Source: Camelus ferus (taxonomy: Eukaryota). From it: a stretch of DNA of 64,000 nucleotides. A model generated the notes under the pieces. That model was not told the DNA's origin. It worked only from the letters and a program-made list of their open reading frames with translations, and searched no databases. The position numbers and the translations under genes are program-made. Positions within the stretch are counted from its first letter, which is position 1. Every line of letters starts with the position of its first letter. The stretch lies in NCBI RefSeq assembly GCF_009834535.1, contig NC_045696.1, positions 90,584,001 through 90,648,000 on the forward strand, written 5' to 3'. Positions 39,021 through 51,839 of this stretch are shown in pieces.

Positions 39021-41394
39021 CCTGTTCTTTATTTTGAGCTTTGAACTAAGTTTGCAGCAATAATGTACATATAAACTACAGGAGGAAATGGAGATTCCTA
39101 CTGTCATATTCATTTGTCGTGCAGATATCCTAAACTCAATTTTACTACCGTGGTCATACCTTGCACTGTAGGTTTGCCAGAGGGAGTTCTTGACATCATG
39201 TCTGATATTACTGCATGTGTGCAGCTAACAGAATTGTCAATTCTTTGCTGGAGATACATATTCCATGAACTTGTCCTGTAGCACCATAATATTTAGGTAG
39301 GGCCATCATAGCAAAGGAGTGCAAATTACTTAAGACACAGACCTGAAAATACTACGATGGGAACTTGCCTCACACTGTTAGCAAATCCAGTAGTTCAATG
39401 GGGTCCATTCATTGAGAGGAATGTCCTTTCCCTTAGTATGAACAAATATCAGATACTTGTTTCCCTGACTGACAGAAACTGGAAAACTTATGAGAAGATC
39501 TACCAACACTTAAAAACAAAAACAAAAAAACCACTTCCTTTCCCCTCAAAATGCAGTTTAGAGCTAGCATTTCTGTTAATTGTTTATAATGTACAGTTGA
39601 CATGTCTGTGCCAGGCTTGAGTAAAATATTAAACATTTTAAACTATTATCATAGCTTAAAATTAAATATCTTTATATAGACATAGAACTCATATAATATT
39701 ACTTATAAAGTGAGTAAGAAGTAGTGTTTTCTAATTCCTACTTCTGTTGGTAAGCTTAATAGTGTTTCCCAAAAAGTGTTATGGAACCCATGTTAAAACA
39801 CAATGGTTAACTTTAATGAAGAAGTAACTGTTCAGTGTACACAAAAGAGATCCAGCTGAATCAAAATTATCCTTTTAATTACAGCAATAAAGGGCTTTTT
39901 CACTCTAATTAGGAGAAGCAGTGACTGGCATCCCATTCATTATGTATAAATATGAATATGGTATACAGGTATTCAGAGTACATCATAGTTAGTTTTTATT
40001 CTGGAGGGTGAGCTCAGTCACTCCTCACATAGCCTTTTGCCATCTTAAAGAACCCTTTCACAGTATTGTTTGCTTCAGTTAAAAGAATTAGTAGATATCT
40101 TACTAGGGAAACTTCAAGGCTCCCAAGATAAACAAAATAGGAAAGAAGCACCTCTTTCAGAATTCTGGCTTAATAAGGCTAATTCTGAGTATGCTTTAGA
40201 TTATAAGTGACTCTTATTTTATATTTATAATTCAATGGACTTGCCTCCAGTGACCTGTGACAAGTATCTAAAACTATATATTTTTGAAATGACAAAGCTT
40301 CACTTTAACTGTGATTTTTACCCACAAAATATCTTTGTATTAAGCCAAAGTACCACTCTCTTATTTTTCTTACTTCTACCTGGCTTTGGGTTAGGCCTGG
40401 GCACATGTAGATTCTGTTCCCTGACACCCACTACACTCCCAGTCACCAAGTGATTCAACTTTAAGTTTGGTCTGTCAACTGTAAAAATCCCTGAGATTCC
40501 AGAGTCAGCTCTTTGCAAGGGAATACTTAATTTCAGGCAGAAAACAAACAAAAGGGAGCCAAGCACATTAAGAGAAAAGGCCTTAATTCTACCTCTTCAT
40601 GTTTTTATTTTTAGTTCAAGTTGTCTGAGTACGGAAACGCTGGGATACCTTTTCCTTCTCCTGGCAATTTGCAGGTATTTTCAGCATGATACATTCAACC
40701 TCACGTGAAGAATGCTCCCCTGCTACAAGCTCTGAGGTGAGGAAAGACCCAAGGCCAGAAGGTGATAAGACAGGTTTCTTCTATGTCAATTTATGAATAT
40801 CAATTATGACTCACTGTAATGCCAAACTCCCAAAAAGATAGGTGGAACAGAGGTAAAAGGAATAACTGCTTATAAGTACACAGGAATAATTTTAAAAATT
40901 ATAAAAGATATAGCCCCTCTTGGGGGTAAGGACAGAGGAACAGAGAATAAAGAACAGTTCTAAAAAATAAATGCAGCACTGATATCACAGAATATACTTG
41001 AAACTCATAATATTACTACTTTACTATTTTATCTCTTATGTAATAATTAGAATCCTTTATATTTAACTTTCATGTAGCTATACAGAGGAGATATGCAACT
41101 GTATTGCACTTCAGAGACAGATCTTCTATTATACAAAAAATATTAACCAATGTTGGAGAATTATTGGAATATATTTAATATTGTATATAAAAGAAAAAGA
41201 ATGCATCATTTACAGTAAGTATTCTTGATTATTCAGTGGCCTGCATTTATTCTCTAAGATAGCATGGCCATGTACGTATCAAAATTATAGTGCACACAAA
41301 TGGACTCATCAATAAATGTCACTTGCACACCAGAAAAATATTTTAATAAATTAAAATTAGAAATAATCACTTTCTTTGATGAATACTACTCATG

Positions 41395-41550
41395 ACTGAC
41401 TTTTAAAGACCATCTCTGCATCTCAGTTTCCTTACCTGTACACTGGGCTCAATAATATTGTTCTACTTACTTCATAAAATTATTGCAAGATAAACTATAT
41501 GTAAAGTGGTTAGTACAATGCATACTAAATAATAAATGCTCAAAAAAATA
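41395..41550 (+). mobile_element. MIR SINE fragment
   Basis: ctctgcatctcagtttccttacctgta...gtaaagtggttagtacaatgc. Confidence 0.75.
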
Positions 41551-42173
41551 GCTACGACAAGAAATACATACTTATTATTACTATAATTAAACATAGGTTA
41601 TTTATTTTTAATTTGACATTGTTTTGGTTTGTCATTTTAAGACATTTTTTGATTGCTACATAAAATGTTACATATATATATACTGCCACAACACAGACAC
41701 ATGCTGCCTTCACTCCAACATTCTTGGTTGTCCTTCCCCCTTTTGGACCAGGCTCATGTCAGGTCCAAGACCACCAGCTTGGACTAGAGCTGTGCAGGGT
41801 AAACCTGGCTCTGGCCAGGCTCTACTTTACTAGACTCATTTTTACAGCTCTGAATTTACTATTCTTACATAGAAGGACTTTGGTATAGCATTTTCCTTTT
41901 GACCCTGTTAATCATCTGGCCCTTGGCCCTGAGGCCCTTAATTTGGCCTGCCCAACACTCTCTCAACTGTCACCTCATGGAAAGGGTTCAAAGAGAGAGA
42001 AATCTCTCCGCTTCTGGCATAGACCCTGAAATTATCATCTCATAGTCACTTTTCTGAGTTTTGAACAGCAAGACTACTGTTCAAATCTGTTATCTGAAGA
42101 AATTTTGCCTAAGCATATTTAATCAGATCAGATTAAGATATTTTTCCATCAGGAAACAAAGGAAGATCTAAAA

Positions 42174-43976
42174 CAGTGGTTCTCAATGGGCACAGTTACT
42201 ATCCCTAGGGCACTTTGGAAATTTGTGATGTTTTTATTTATTTTCAGTTTTTTTTTTTTTTTAAGCAGTAAATGAGCACCAAGTTTTGTTTAAATTTTCC
42301 TATTGTCTTCTCCTGAAGTATGGTGTCAACTCCAGCCATCAGTAAACTAGAATCAGTGCCTGATTCACTAATTAGTTATTTGAAATTAAGACTCTGAAAC
42401 TTCCTGTATTAAGCACTCCAAGTAAACATCAAACATAAGGGATGACAATTAGATGGTAGGATGAAGGGAATGACCCCTCAGTCTTTCTGGGCTTCACAAA
42501 GGAGGATCAAGTCAGCAATTTCCAAGCATCACTGGGGATACGGAATGGAAGGCTCAGACAACTCTTCCTCTTACTAGGGCCACTTCCTTAAGTGCCTTAA
42601 TCTATGGGATACTACACTGCAGGGATGTGCTGCAGATTTTCAGTTTCTTCTTTGTGCCCTAACCCCCACCTTCAAGTGTAAAATAGCAGCTTTGTGTATT
42701 CTGCTTTAGTGTACTTCAATCTCAGTATTTATTTCTTCAGGGTCTTCTCTTGGTGGGTGGACAGGCTGCCTGGAGTCTGCCAGGAGTCCTATCATCTTGC
42801 TCAGTGATGCTGTGGTCAGGTTTGTTCCTAATCAGCAGCCTCCTTATGTTCAATTTCCACATCTTAAAAATGGAGTTATGAGGCCAAGTGAAAGACAAAG
42901 CTACAGACCTCTCTAGGCATTTCCCTCTATTTTAGTTCTGCAGCAGTTCCTCTGCCTTCATGAAGTGGCTAGTGATGATGTTTTTAGTGTGGGTGACTGA
43001 GAGAGGCAAATGGCATTAAGTAGGCACAGCTTAAGGATTCTAGGTTCCTGCACTGCTCTAAAAAGATTTCTCCTATGTCCCACAGGACTTGGGAATGTCC
43101 TACTAGAAATGTATGTAGCTGAAAAGTTTTTTGTTTTTTTTTTTACTTATTTGAGTTCGGAATCTAATTATACATAAACACAGAGTATTTTTTTGAGCTG
43201 GCTTAACTCATGCTGAATTTTGTACGATGGAACTACTGAGTAGATTGAAATAATACTATATATTTCTTTGTTTGAAGCTTTACTGAACACCATCATTCAC
43301 CACTTCAGATTACTTGCCAAGGGCATTGTTGTATATGGCATGAATTGCCATGATATAACATGTGTATTAATCTGCATTTATAGCTATGCCATTCCTTCAC
43401 ATGTGAGTGTGTGTATATATACAGACTATGCATAAGTATATATGTATGTACATTTACAACCTTATTTCAAACTGTCAGATACAAAGTTTTCAACATTTAG
43501 TTGAGAATCTGAAATTAGGTTTTATAGCTCTGTCCACAATTGAATAGTTACAAATGTACCTATTTTGCCTAAAACATATTTTTCTAACAAAGCAATAAAT
43601 GTTATGTAAAAGATTACAAAGATATAGTAATGTTTCACATCAATGTTCACCTGAACACTCTGCTCTTCCATTTCCCCATGCTTTTAATTTCTGATCTTCT
43701 TAAAATTATTAAATATAAACTTATTGTAAGCATTTGTTATAACTGACTATTTCATTATATTTTCTACTATAGTTGTACCCAACTTGTAAAAACTTTATTA
43801 CAAATTAGTTTCCTTTCATGTCTCCCTTATATTAGTAAGGAAATTGTTCTGATTTTTAAAATCGTGTGTGTGGGTAAGTTATACTGTCTACAAATTTTAT
43901 TTCAGGAAAAAAAGGGGCTGCTACAGAATATTTGTCATAAAAAGAGACTGTAGACCTACAGAGTTGAGAACCACCA
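42174..43976. mobile_element. hAT-Charlie DNA transposon (~1.05 kb own sequence) carrying the FMN1 retrocopy
   Basis: TIRs cagtggttctcaa (42174-42186) / ttgagaaccacca (43964-43976); 8-bp TSD atctaaaa (42166-42173) / acctaaaa (43977-43984). Confidence 0.8.
42237..42975 (-). pseudogene. FMN1: Partial processed pseudogene of formin-1 (non-canonical short isoform)
   Basis: Minus strand 42820-42630 translates with frameshifts to [24 protein letters not shown] / EDPEE / LKYTKAEY / KAAILHLK / HKEETENLQ, matching FMN1 as I recall it ([60 protein letters not shown]); no introns; poly(A) remnant as a T-tract at 42237-42262; TSD tgatgttttta at 42226-42236 and 42976-42986. Confidence 0.88.
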
Positions 43977-44059
43977 ACCTAAAAAGAAGTCATACTAGCC
44001 TCCTTTCCCATTCTTAAGTTAAAAACCACACAGCACATTAAGTCTCTGTTCATTGTAGG

Positions 44060-44270
44060 CAATAATTAAAAGTCTGGGTTTCTAGCTGTGTAACAACTGG
44101 CAAAGTTACTTTATTTCTCTGGCCCATTGTTTCTTCATCTGTAAACTGGGGATAGTAATATCCATTCATAGGGTTGATGTCAAGATTAAATGAATTAATT
44201 TACATATATAAAAATCTGCCAGAGTGCTTGGCACATAAAAATTGTTCAATAAGCCTTAGGTATTATTTTG
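44060..44270 (+). mobile_element. MIR SINE
   Basis: ctgggcaaagttactttatttctctggcccattgtttcttcatctgtaaactggggatagtaata...gtgcttggcacata. Confidence 0.9.
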
Positions 44271-44569
44271 GTTCTATTATATTGTAGGCCTAGAATGTTC
44301 TTTTTTTTTTTTTTTGCTTTCTTACTAAAAAAAATAAACAAACACTCATCTGAATGACAATACAGATCAGAGGAAAAAGATGTGGGAAATGTATACATGG
44401 TTTCTTTTCTGAGAGAGGTGAAAACTTAAGGAAAAAAAATGGTGAAAGAGTGATATAATATTTCTGATCAGTAGAGAAATCTGTACTGGATCAGTGAAAT
44501 GTTTAGGGAATTATGAGGGGGAGACATCATTCTTGAATGCCAAGTTTAACTACTATCAGTACTTTGATG

Positions 44570-44975
44570 TATTCTTCCCTGATTTCCCCAGTTAGAACTT
44601 ATCATTCTTTCTATAACCCTCTGTTCTCAACCATACTTTGTACAATGACTCTGGCTTATAAAATAGTTGCATGTATATCTATTCCTCCAACTTGGCTGTA
44701 AACTTCAAGGGTAAGGATCACATTGAAGACTAATTTTGTCTCCCATAGTGCCTGGTAAATTGTCAAAATGTATCTACATTTATTATTAGGTTGTAGGTAT
44801 TTTGCCACTTTTAATCAATGAGACCTTTGACAAATTCTCTAATTTCTCCTATGCCTCATTTCCTCATATTTAAAAATAGGAATTTTAATATCTGCACTCT
44901 TTATTTCCTAACAGTACAGGAGAAACATGAAATAATGTAAGGAGTGACATTTTGAAAATGTAACAGAATTCATAT
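44570..44975 (+). mobile_element. L2 3' fragment followed by a MIR fragment
   Basis: ggctgtaaacttcaagggtaaggatcac...cccatagtgcctgg; tgagacctttgacaaatt...gcctcatttcctcat. Confidence 0.65.
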
Positions 44976-47900
44976 ATGTATGATATTACTGCTAATATAT
45001 CAAAGATTATTTTTCTATAAATGTTACATTCATTACATTGTTTAAAATGATTTCATCATGTTCAGGAGTAACTTTTTAAACAAAATAATTTATTTCCAAT
45101 TTTAATGAAAACCAAAGAGAAAATTACTCCAAGTAAGAAAATTTTACATTATATTAATGTTTGATGAACTACATCTATTCAAATAAGTAAAAGAACCTCC
45201 TCAATAGTCAGCTAATGTCTGACAAAGATCAACATACCAGAATATTATGCTAGGTAAATAACTTCTTTCCAATCTAGTTATTTATTTCACTGATGACTTC
45301 ATACTTATCTAGTACTTCAAGCACATTAAACAGTTTCTTAGCCTGCCAAAATGATAGATTATACTTATGTGCATTCTTTTTTTTTTTTTTATCATTGTGG
45401 CTGTTTGTGTGTATGTGTCTGTGTGTGTGTACATGTGTGTATTAATATCTCTGGGCTGTCTTAACCTCAACCTCTAGTGAGTACCTACAGCCATCTAATT
45501 TCATGAAATATCCAATGTATCAAACCAAGATTTTTTAAACATGTGTTTTTAAGATGCAAAGGAATAAAGTACTCCTTTCCCCTCCAATTAAATTCTTATC
45601 CTTAACCTTGGTCACATACTAAAAGGTTTTCTTGACAATTCATCTGGATTTAGAATAAATGCAATATCTATATTTGTAAGTATTTTCTATAATTGGAAAT
45701 ACAGTTTTTTCCCTCATTTCACAGTAGTTTAAATGATTAATAAAGATATTAAGGCATCCTGTCAGTAACAAATTATGGAATTTTACGTGCAAACACTATA
45801 GATCAACTTGGTGTAGATGATTCATCCTTATACATTGTAGTTAGCTTAACATATATGTATATTTTTGATAAGCTAAAGAAGCTACCTTAAGACTGTTATT
45901 GCTATTATCTGACTTACAGGCTGTTTCTATTTCTTGCTAAGCAAACAGTATTAACTTGATTATACAGGTCCTTTTAAAAGTTCCCAAATTGTTTGATCTG
46001 TTTTCCAGGTCGAAAGTTAGAGTGGTCCAGAATCCAATGCCATAGAAAAGACTCAAAGGGAGGTGGGAATCTTTGACTAGGAAGTTTTATAATTATCCTT
46101 AACAGTTAATCTTAGAAATTACAGAAATATCACAAGGAAACTTTGGTTAATTCTAAACATCTTTGACATATATATATGTGTCAAATTATTCTTTTGACAT
46201 TTATCGTATATATATTTTAATACTGACAGTTCACTTTATGTGCTCCAAAAGAAATACTCAACTGGGGTGAAATTCAGAAAGTTAAAAAAAAAAAAAAGGG
46301 CCAAAATTTTCTTTTTCAAAGACCTCTGTTATTCACCATTTTAATCTCAGTATTATCTGGGATATGAAATCCCCACATTATTTTTCCTTTTCTGACACCA
46401 TATTAGAGAAAGCATTGTAATTTATGATTTTACCTTATTCCAATGCTATAAATATGACAATAAATTCTTTCAGTCTACCTTACAGCCAGGACTATTATTA
46501 TTTCTGCATACTTTCTCCAGGTTGGTGTGAAACTAAACCAAACACTGTATTTTTTAAATGAAAAAGACATCAAAAAATATAATTTCATATGTGAGAATTA
46601 TATATTGTCATAGACAAAGAAATAACATGCACTTCATGTGTTGTTTCCCACAAACGAATATTTCCTAGTGCACCACTGTCTGTTTAAAATATTCGCTTTA
46701 TTTTCATGTATGACCATAGGCAATGAAATCATTCTTTTTTTTGTGATTTCACTATGATAGGTAACAAACTTACTTTTACTTTTTTTGGTCCAGTGAATAT
46801 TAATGCAACTATGGTCTTTGGATAGTTACATTAAAATAATCAGTCAGGAAACTTAAGAATAAGTAATTTCCAAAATAAGTGACTAGTTCAGATTTTTTAT
46901 ATCATAAATATAAACATATTGCAAATACTCAGAAGAAAGAACACTTTCACAGTAATGATGGGGGGGCGTATACTTAGTGGGAAAGGGAAATATCTTTTCA
47001 TTCCTCCTTTGTAACACTACATTCTATAGATTAAAAAAAAGAAAGGTTCAGGGAAATTAAATGACTAGGCTATAACAACAATGAATATGCAGAAAAACTG
47101 TACTATTTCCACTTTGGAAAAAAGGATAGAAGATTAAATCCCAATTCCTATAATATTTCTGAAGTCAAGGAAAGAAACAGTTGGTGATGGATAACTCCAC
47201 AGTTACAAAAACGTTGTGCTGATATTCCATTCACTGAACAAAAAATTTAATTGTTCAGTTACTTCTTTTAGGCTAGAACACTAATGAGAAGTAAATGAAA
47301 GCAAAACAAAAAAATCACTCTAACACAGCAATATTTTTCTAATACGTAAATGGACTTAAAATGTCTAAATGTAGATAAACATCTATTTTCAGACAAGAAG
47401 TCTCAAGACCACTTCAGTAGGTAATTTTTAACAATGGAAAATTAATATACTATGTTAAGCACACAATCCCTAAACCTGCCCCACAAAACAAATGGAAAGG
47501 ACATCAAAAGGATTCATCTCACCAATACTACCACCAACATAACTCAATAACACACTAACAAATAAGCCTGTCTGTTCTGTCTTACTAATTTTTAACATCA
47601 CACTCAGCCTAAGTGTTCCCTATTTTCTTTATAAGATAATAATGTGAATATACACACCTGATAAAATGCAGTTACAAGCACTTTGTAACCTATAAAAATG
47701 ATCTATGTATAAGCATTTGTACAGTGATTACAACCCCAGTTTTCAGTAATGTAATATTTCTAAGTATTAAAATGTTACTTTTTTTGGTGTTATACTGGTT
47801 TTCCATTATTTTAAAAAATCTAAAATGTGATTCATGTTTTGAGATGTTTCCAGAAGTTACATTTCATATTAAAATCCAACAACATAAAGTAATTTGGCCA

Positions 47901-48126
47901 CAAACAAAACTCCTCTCTCCCATCTTCATTTTAAGACCCTTTTAGGGTATTTTTATTTTGTCTCATTTCCCAGTTATTATATTACTAGTGAGGTTGAGTT
48001 GTTTGAATTTCCTCCAGAGCCAGTGGGGTCCCACTTACTTCCAGAGGTCTCTGAAAAAGTCATCTTACATTTGATGAGGTGACTGGGGCTTCTTAGGAAA
48101 AATGGTAGTAAGAGGCATGTTAGTGG

Positions 48127-48488
48127 TGTATTAGTCTGCTTGGCTGCCATAATAAAATACCACAGACTGGGTGGCTTAAACAACAGGAATTTATCTTCTC
48201 ACAGATTTGGAGGCTAGAAGTCCAAGGTCAAGATGCCAGTATGTTCACTTTCCGAGGAGAGCTCTCTTCCTGCCTTGTAGACAGCCACCTTCTCACTCTG
48301 TCTTCACATGGCAGGTGGGGGTGGGGGGGTCAGAGGAGGGCAAGTTGTCTGGTGAGGGTCCCACCCTTATAACTCATCTAAACCTAACTATCTCCCAAAG
48401 GCCCCACATCCAAATACCATGGCTTTGGAAGTTAGGACTTTAATATATGAACCAGGGGGTGGGAGGGAGATAAATTCAGTCCAGAGCA
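48127..48488 (-). mobile_element. MLT1A0-like solo LTR (near complete)
   Basis: tgtattagtctgcttggctgccataataaaataccacagactgggtggcttaaacaacagg...aaattcagtccagagca. Confidence 0.9.
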
Positions 48489-49184
48489 AGGGAATGAAGA
48501 GACAGCATAGGCTATGAACCTGGTTCCAGCCCTTCCCTGGATCCTGATCAATTTCCTACTTCCAGAGCTTTCTACCCACTGCTCCCCTCCCTTTTTTCTC
48601 TTCCAGGGCCAAATCCACTTTCTTAGGGCCTGACCTCTCCTTCTTCAAGATAATTTATTGAACTTCCTCCTTCAATCATCCCACTGAAGACAAGAGACAA
48701 ACTAGAAAAACCAAGAAATGTCCTTCACCAGCCTTGGTCTTTTCTCTGGTGAAATGCATCTGAGGACAAATTGCTCACTTTAAAAAGAATAACAATATCT
48801 CACTTTATGAAGAAAATATTATTAAAACTGGCATTTCAGAATTATACAAAGAAATATACACACTGTTAATGTCATTTTGCTCTATTACTCAACTACTATC
48901 TTTGTCCTCCATTATTAACTATAGACACATAGGGGACAGTAAAAAAAAATGTTGGTTCACTGTCCTCTCTCTACCTCTCCATTATATTCTACTTCATTCC
49001 TTCAGACTACTGTGTCAAAGTGGCTCTTTGGAAATCCTTTCTGTAGAGCTAAAAACCTGGTAGTACTAAGTACTTACCTGCTGTTACTAATTCCTCTATC
49101 TACAAAACTGTATTAAACAGAAGTCAATTTTCATGCATAATCTTTAAAAATATATTTAGCTCTCCCAAGATGTAGGTTTAGAAA

Positions 49185-49385
49185 CTTGGTAAGAATCAGA
49201 CTGCCTAAGTCTAACTGAAGGCAGTCTGTGTGACTTGGGGGAAGTTATAACACCTCTCAAGACCTCAGATTTTTTAACTGTCAAATTAGAATTATAATAG
49301 TGCCTCTCTTTGAAGGTCATCATTAGGACTAAGTGAAAGCACTTAACACAATGTTTTCCACATAGTGTGAACACTCAATACCTGC
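49185..49385 (+). mobile_element. MIR SINE
   Basis: tgtgtgacttgggggaagttataacacctctcaagacctcagatttt...aaagcacttaacacaatg. Confidence 0.85.
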
Positions 49386-51319
49386 AAGTTCTATGAAAGT
49401 CTCTTTAAGTAATCCAAAATATTGACTTTTTTTTTTGTACTGATGAGAATAAATGGGATTAGTAAGGTGTATATCTTCTGGCTCCTCCCCCCCCCCCAAA
49501 AAAAGATCCTAAGATGGAAAAAAATGTAACTTCTGCAGAATCTCTTAAAGTCTCCTTGTTCGGGAATTACAGTAACTTACATACCTCTATTAGAGAACAG
49601 AATCTAGCATCTTAATTTCCAAAATGAGGTAAGAAGGTTGTGTTTTACTTCACCACAGAACTTTTAACAAATGAAGAAAATTTTAACTCAGTGTAACCCA
49701 GGTACACCCTCAGATCTTGGCTATGAGGTGCTACCCTTTTATTCAAATGATATACCTACTCCAAGGTCCTTGGCCGTATGGTCGGCAAACATTCCCATTT
49801 TTGGAAGAAGGCTGGAAGTAGCACTGTTTTATACAGGGGATAAGGATCAGTCAAAATCTTTTAACTGATCTTTTTCTCTGATGCCCTTAAACTTTAGTCT
49901 CAATTAAGAGTACAGCAATCAAAGGAAGGCCTAGGTTGACAGGAAGACCATTTCTAATTTCGGTGGATGTTAATAACTTTAGAAAAATGAAAAAAAAATT
50001 GCTCTCTCCTCTCTCTTGGCTCTGTTCTAGTTATCACAGATTATATTCTGCTCTAAATTAAGTGAAACAATGTAGGTGATATGGATAGCATTATATCTGG
50101 TTCCTTTACTTTCCTAATAAAATCAGGATGTGCAGGGGAGAAAAACTGATGGCCATATTTGAGGTCCTTAGTTTCTTCATAACAGTGTGTTGGTCATATA
50201 ATGGAGCCTTAAGCAGGTATCTCACCACAAGGCCCATGGTAACAGTGGTTTAGCTGTACTGATCTTTTATTAAAGAGCTTTTTTTTTTAAAATGAAACTC
50301 TTTTTCTAACTTTATAATAAATCAGGTAAACAGGGATTTGCTTTATTGGCAAAACTAAAATGTAGTATTAAGTAAGTAGATTATATACAATTTTAAAATA
50401 AATATTTAAAATCACTGAAACTTATTTTAAGTATAATGTTAAAAATTCATATATGTTTTAATTTCTTTCCTGACGAATGATTAAGTTCTAGTTTTTTTTT
50501 TAAATCTAAATAATGGTTCAATACCTTGAAAGAGAACAATTATGTCCACAAAGTTAAAAGATCCTAAACTGTTTCAAAAAAATTTTTTAAAGTCTTCTCA
50601 AGCATATAGTGTATATGCTTCCTAAAATACATAATTCCTTAAAATATTACCCACTCAATACCTTGTAATCATCTCTAAATCTAGTGGGACATAAGCGCAT
50701 TTCATCAGAGATGAAATTCTTCAATGACTGTTAAAATGAGAATCAAAAAATTATTATAATCTAGTAGTTTGGCTTGCAGCAAGCATTAATCAGAAGTCAT
50801 AATAAATCCACATGCTTCTTTAGACAGCACATTAGTCAAACAGTTTTCTATGATAACGACATTGACTAATGGGCTCTGAGTTAGAAAGGTCAATCATAAA
50901 CTCATCAAATGCTTCATTTAATTTCTTAATTTGGACAAACACAATTTGTTTATGGGAAAGATATCAGGTGTTCGTGAATGAATAATGGCTATGAAACCAA
51001 ACTCCATTAATCAGCTCATGATTACAAATGACTTAGAGATTGTTTATTCTAATTTCATTCATTTGGGTCAACAAAGAAAGCATGAGCAAATGAAACCATT
51101 TGGAAAAAAATGGCACACTTATTTCTCCATATTTAATAAGGCAATGATAAATACTCTTTCAATAACTATATCAAAAGGACTTTATTACTCAAGTTGATAC
51201 CACTTCCTTTTCAACTGAGTTTTTAATGCCTCTGATTTATAAGGAGATCAGGTAAGAAAAAACAAAACACAAAAAACAAAATAGTACACTCCTCAAAGCT
51301 ACTAAAGTTAGACTTATTT

Positions 51320-51585
51320 TATAAAACATCTCTCTGATTCTGCAGGCAGGTAGTTACTCCTATGTTTCTACTGTACTTTGTAACTTTGCCTGACACATTG
51401 CATGGTGTCAATTTATGTTAAGCAGATGAATGGTTTGTAGTACTATGTGCTATTCTAAGTATCTGTTTGCACAGTTCTCTCCTATAATAGACTGTGAGCA
51501 CCAAAGGGGCAGAAATAGTGTCTTAGAAATCTTTGTATCTCCATCGCCTAATATAAACCCTGACACAAATTATTTTTGTTCAAAT
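51320..51585 (+). mobile_element. L2 3' fragment
   Basis: tagactgtgagcaccaaaggggcagaaatagtgtctt...ctttgtatctcca. Confidence 0.75.
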
Positions 51586-51839
51586 AAATTCTAAGGAAAA
51601 GCACACTATCACGTAAAATTCTTATAAGGAAATTTAGTGACAATAAAATTTGGAAGTTCTGCATTATTTTGAAAGTACTCAAGAACAATCAACTAGGGAA
51701 GAAGCAAATGTCATTTTTCAATAACTAAAAGACATCTGTTCTCCTTTTGCTTTCTCTGTTCTTTTTCTACTGTTACTAAATGGCACGTAGGGAAATAAGG
51801 CTTCTCATTGGGCTATCCAAGACTGCTGACTGCTTCAGC

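Noticed and set aside
42630..42820. Genuine FMN1 exons (window being the FMN1 locus)
   Set aside because: Exons are fused without introns, frameshifted, and bounded by poly(A) and a TSD.
46009..46062. Possible 54-nt plus-strand exon
   Set aside because: Weak donor (GAG|gtggga), no recognisable peptide, opposite to the inferred host strand.
46162..46185. Near-palindrome tttgacatatatatatgtgtcaaa
   Set aside because: Mostly explained by the self-complementary (TA)n core.
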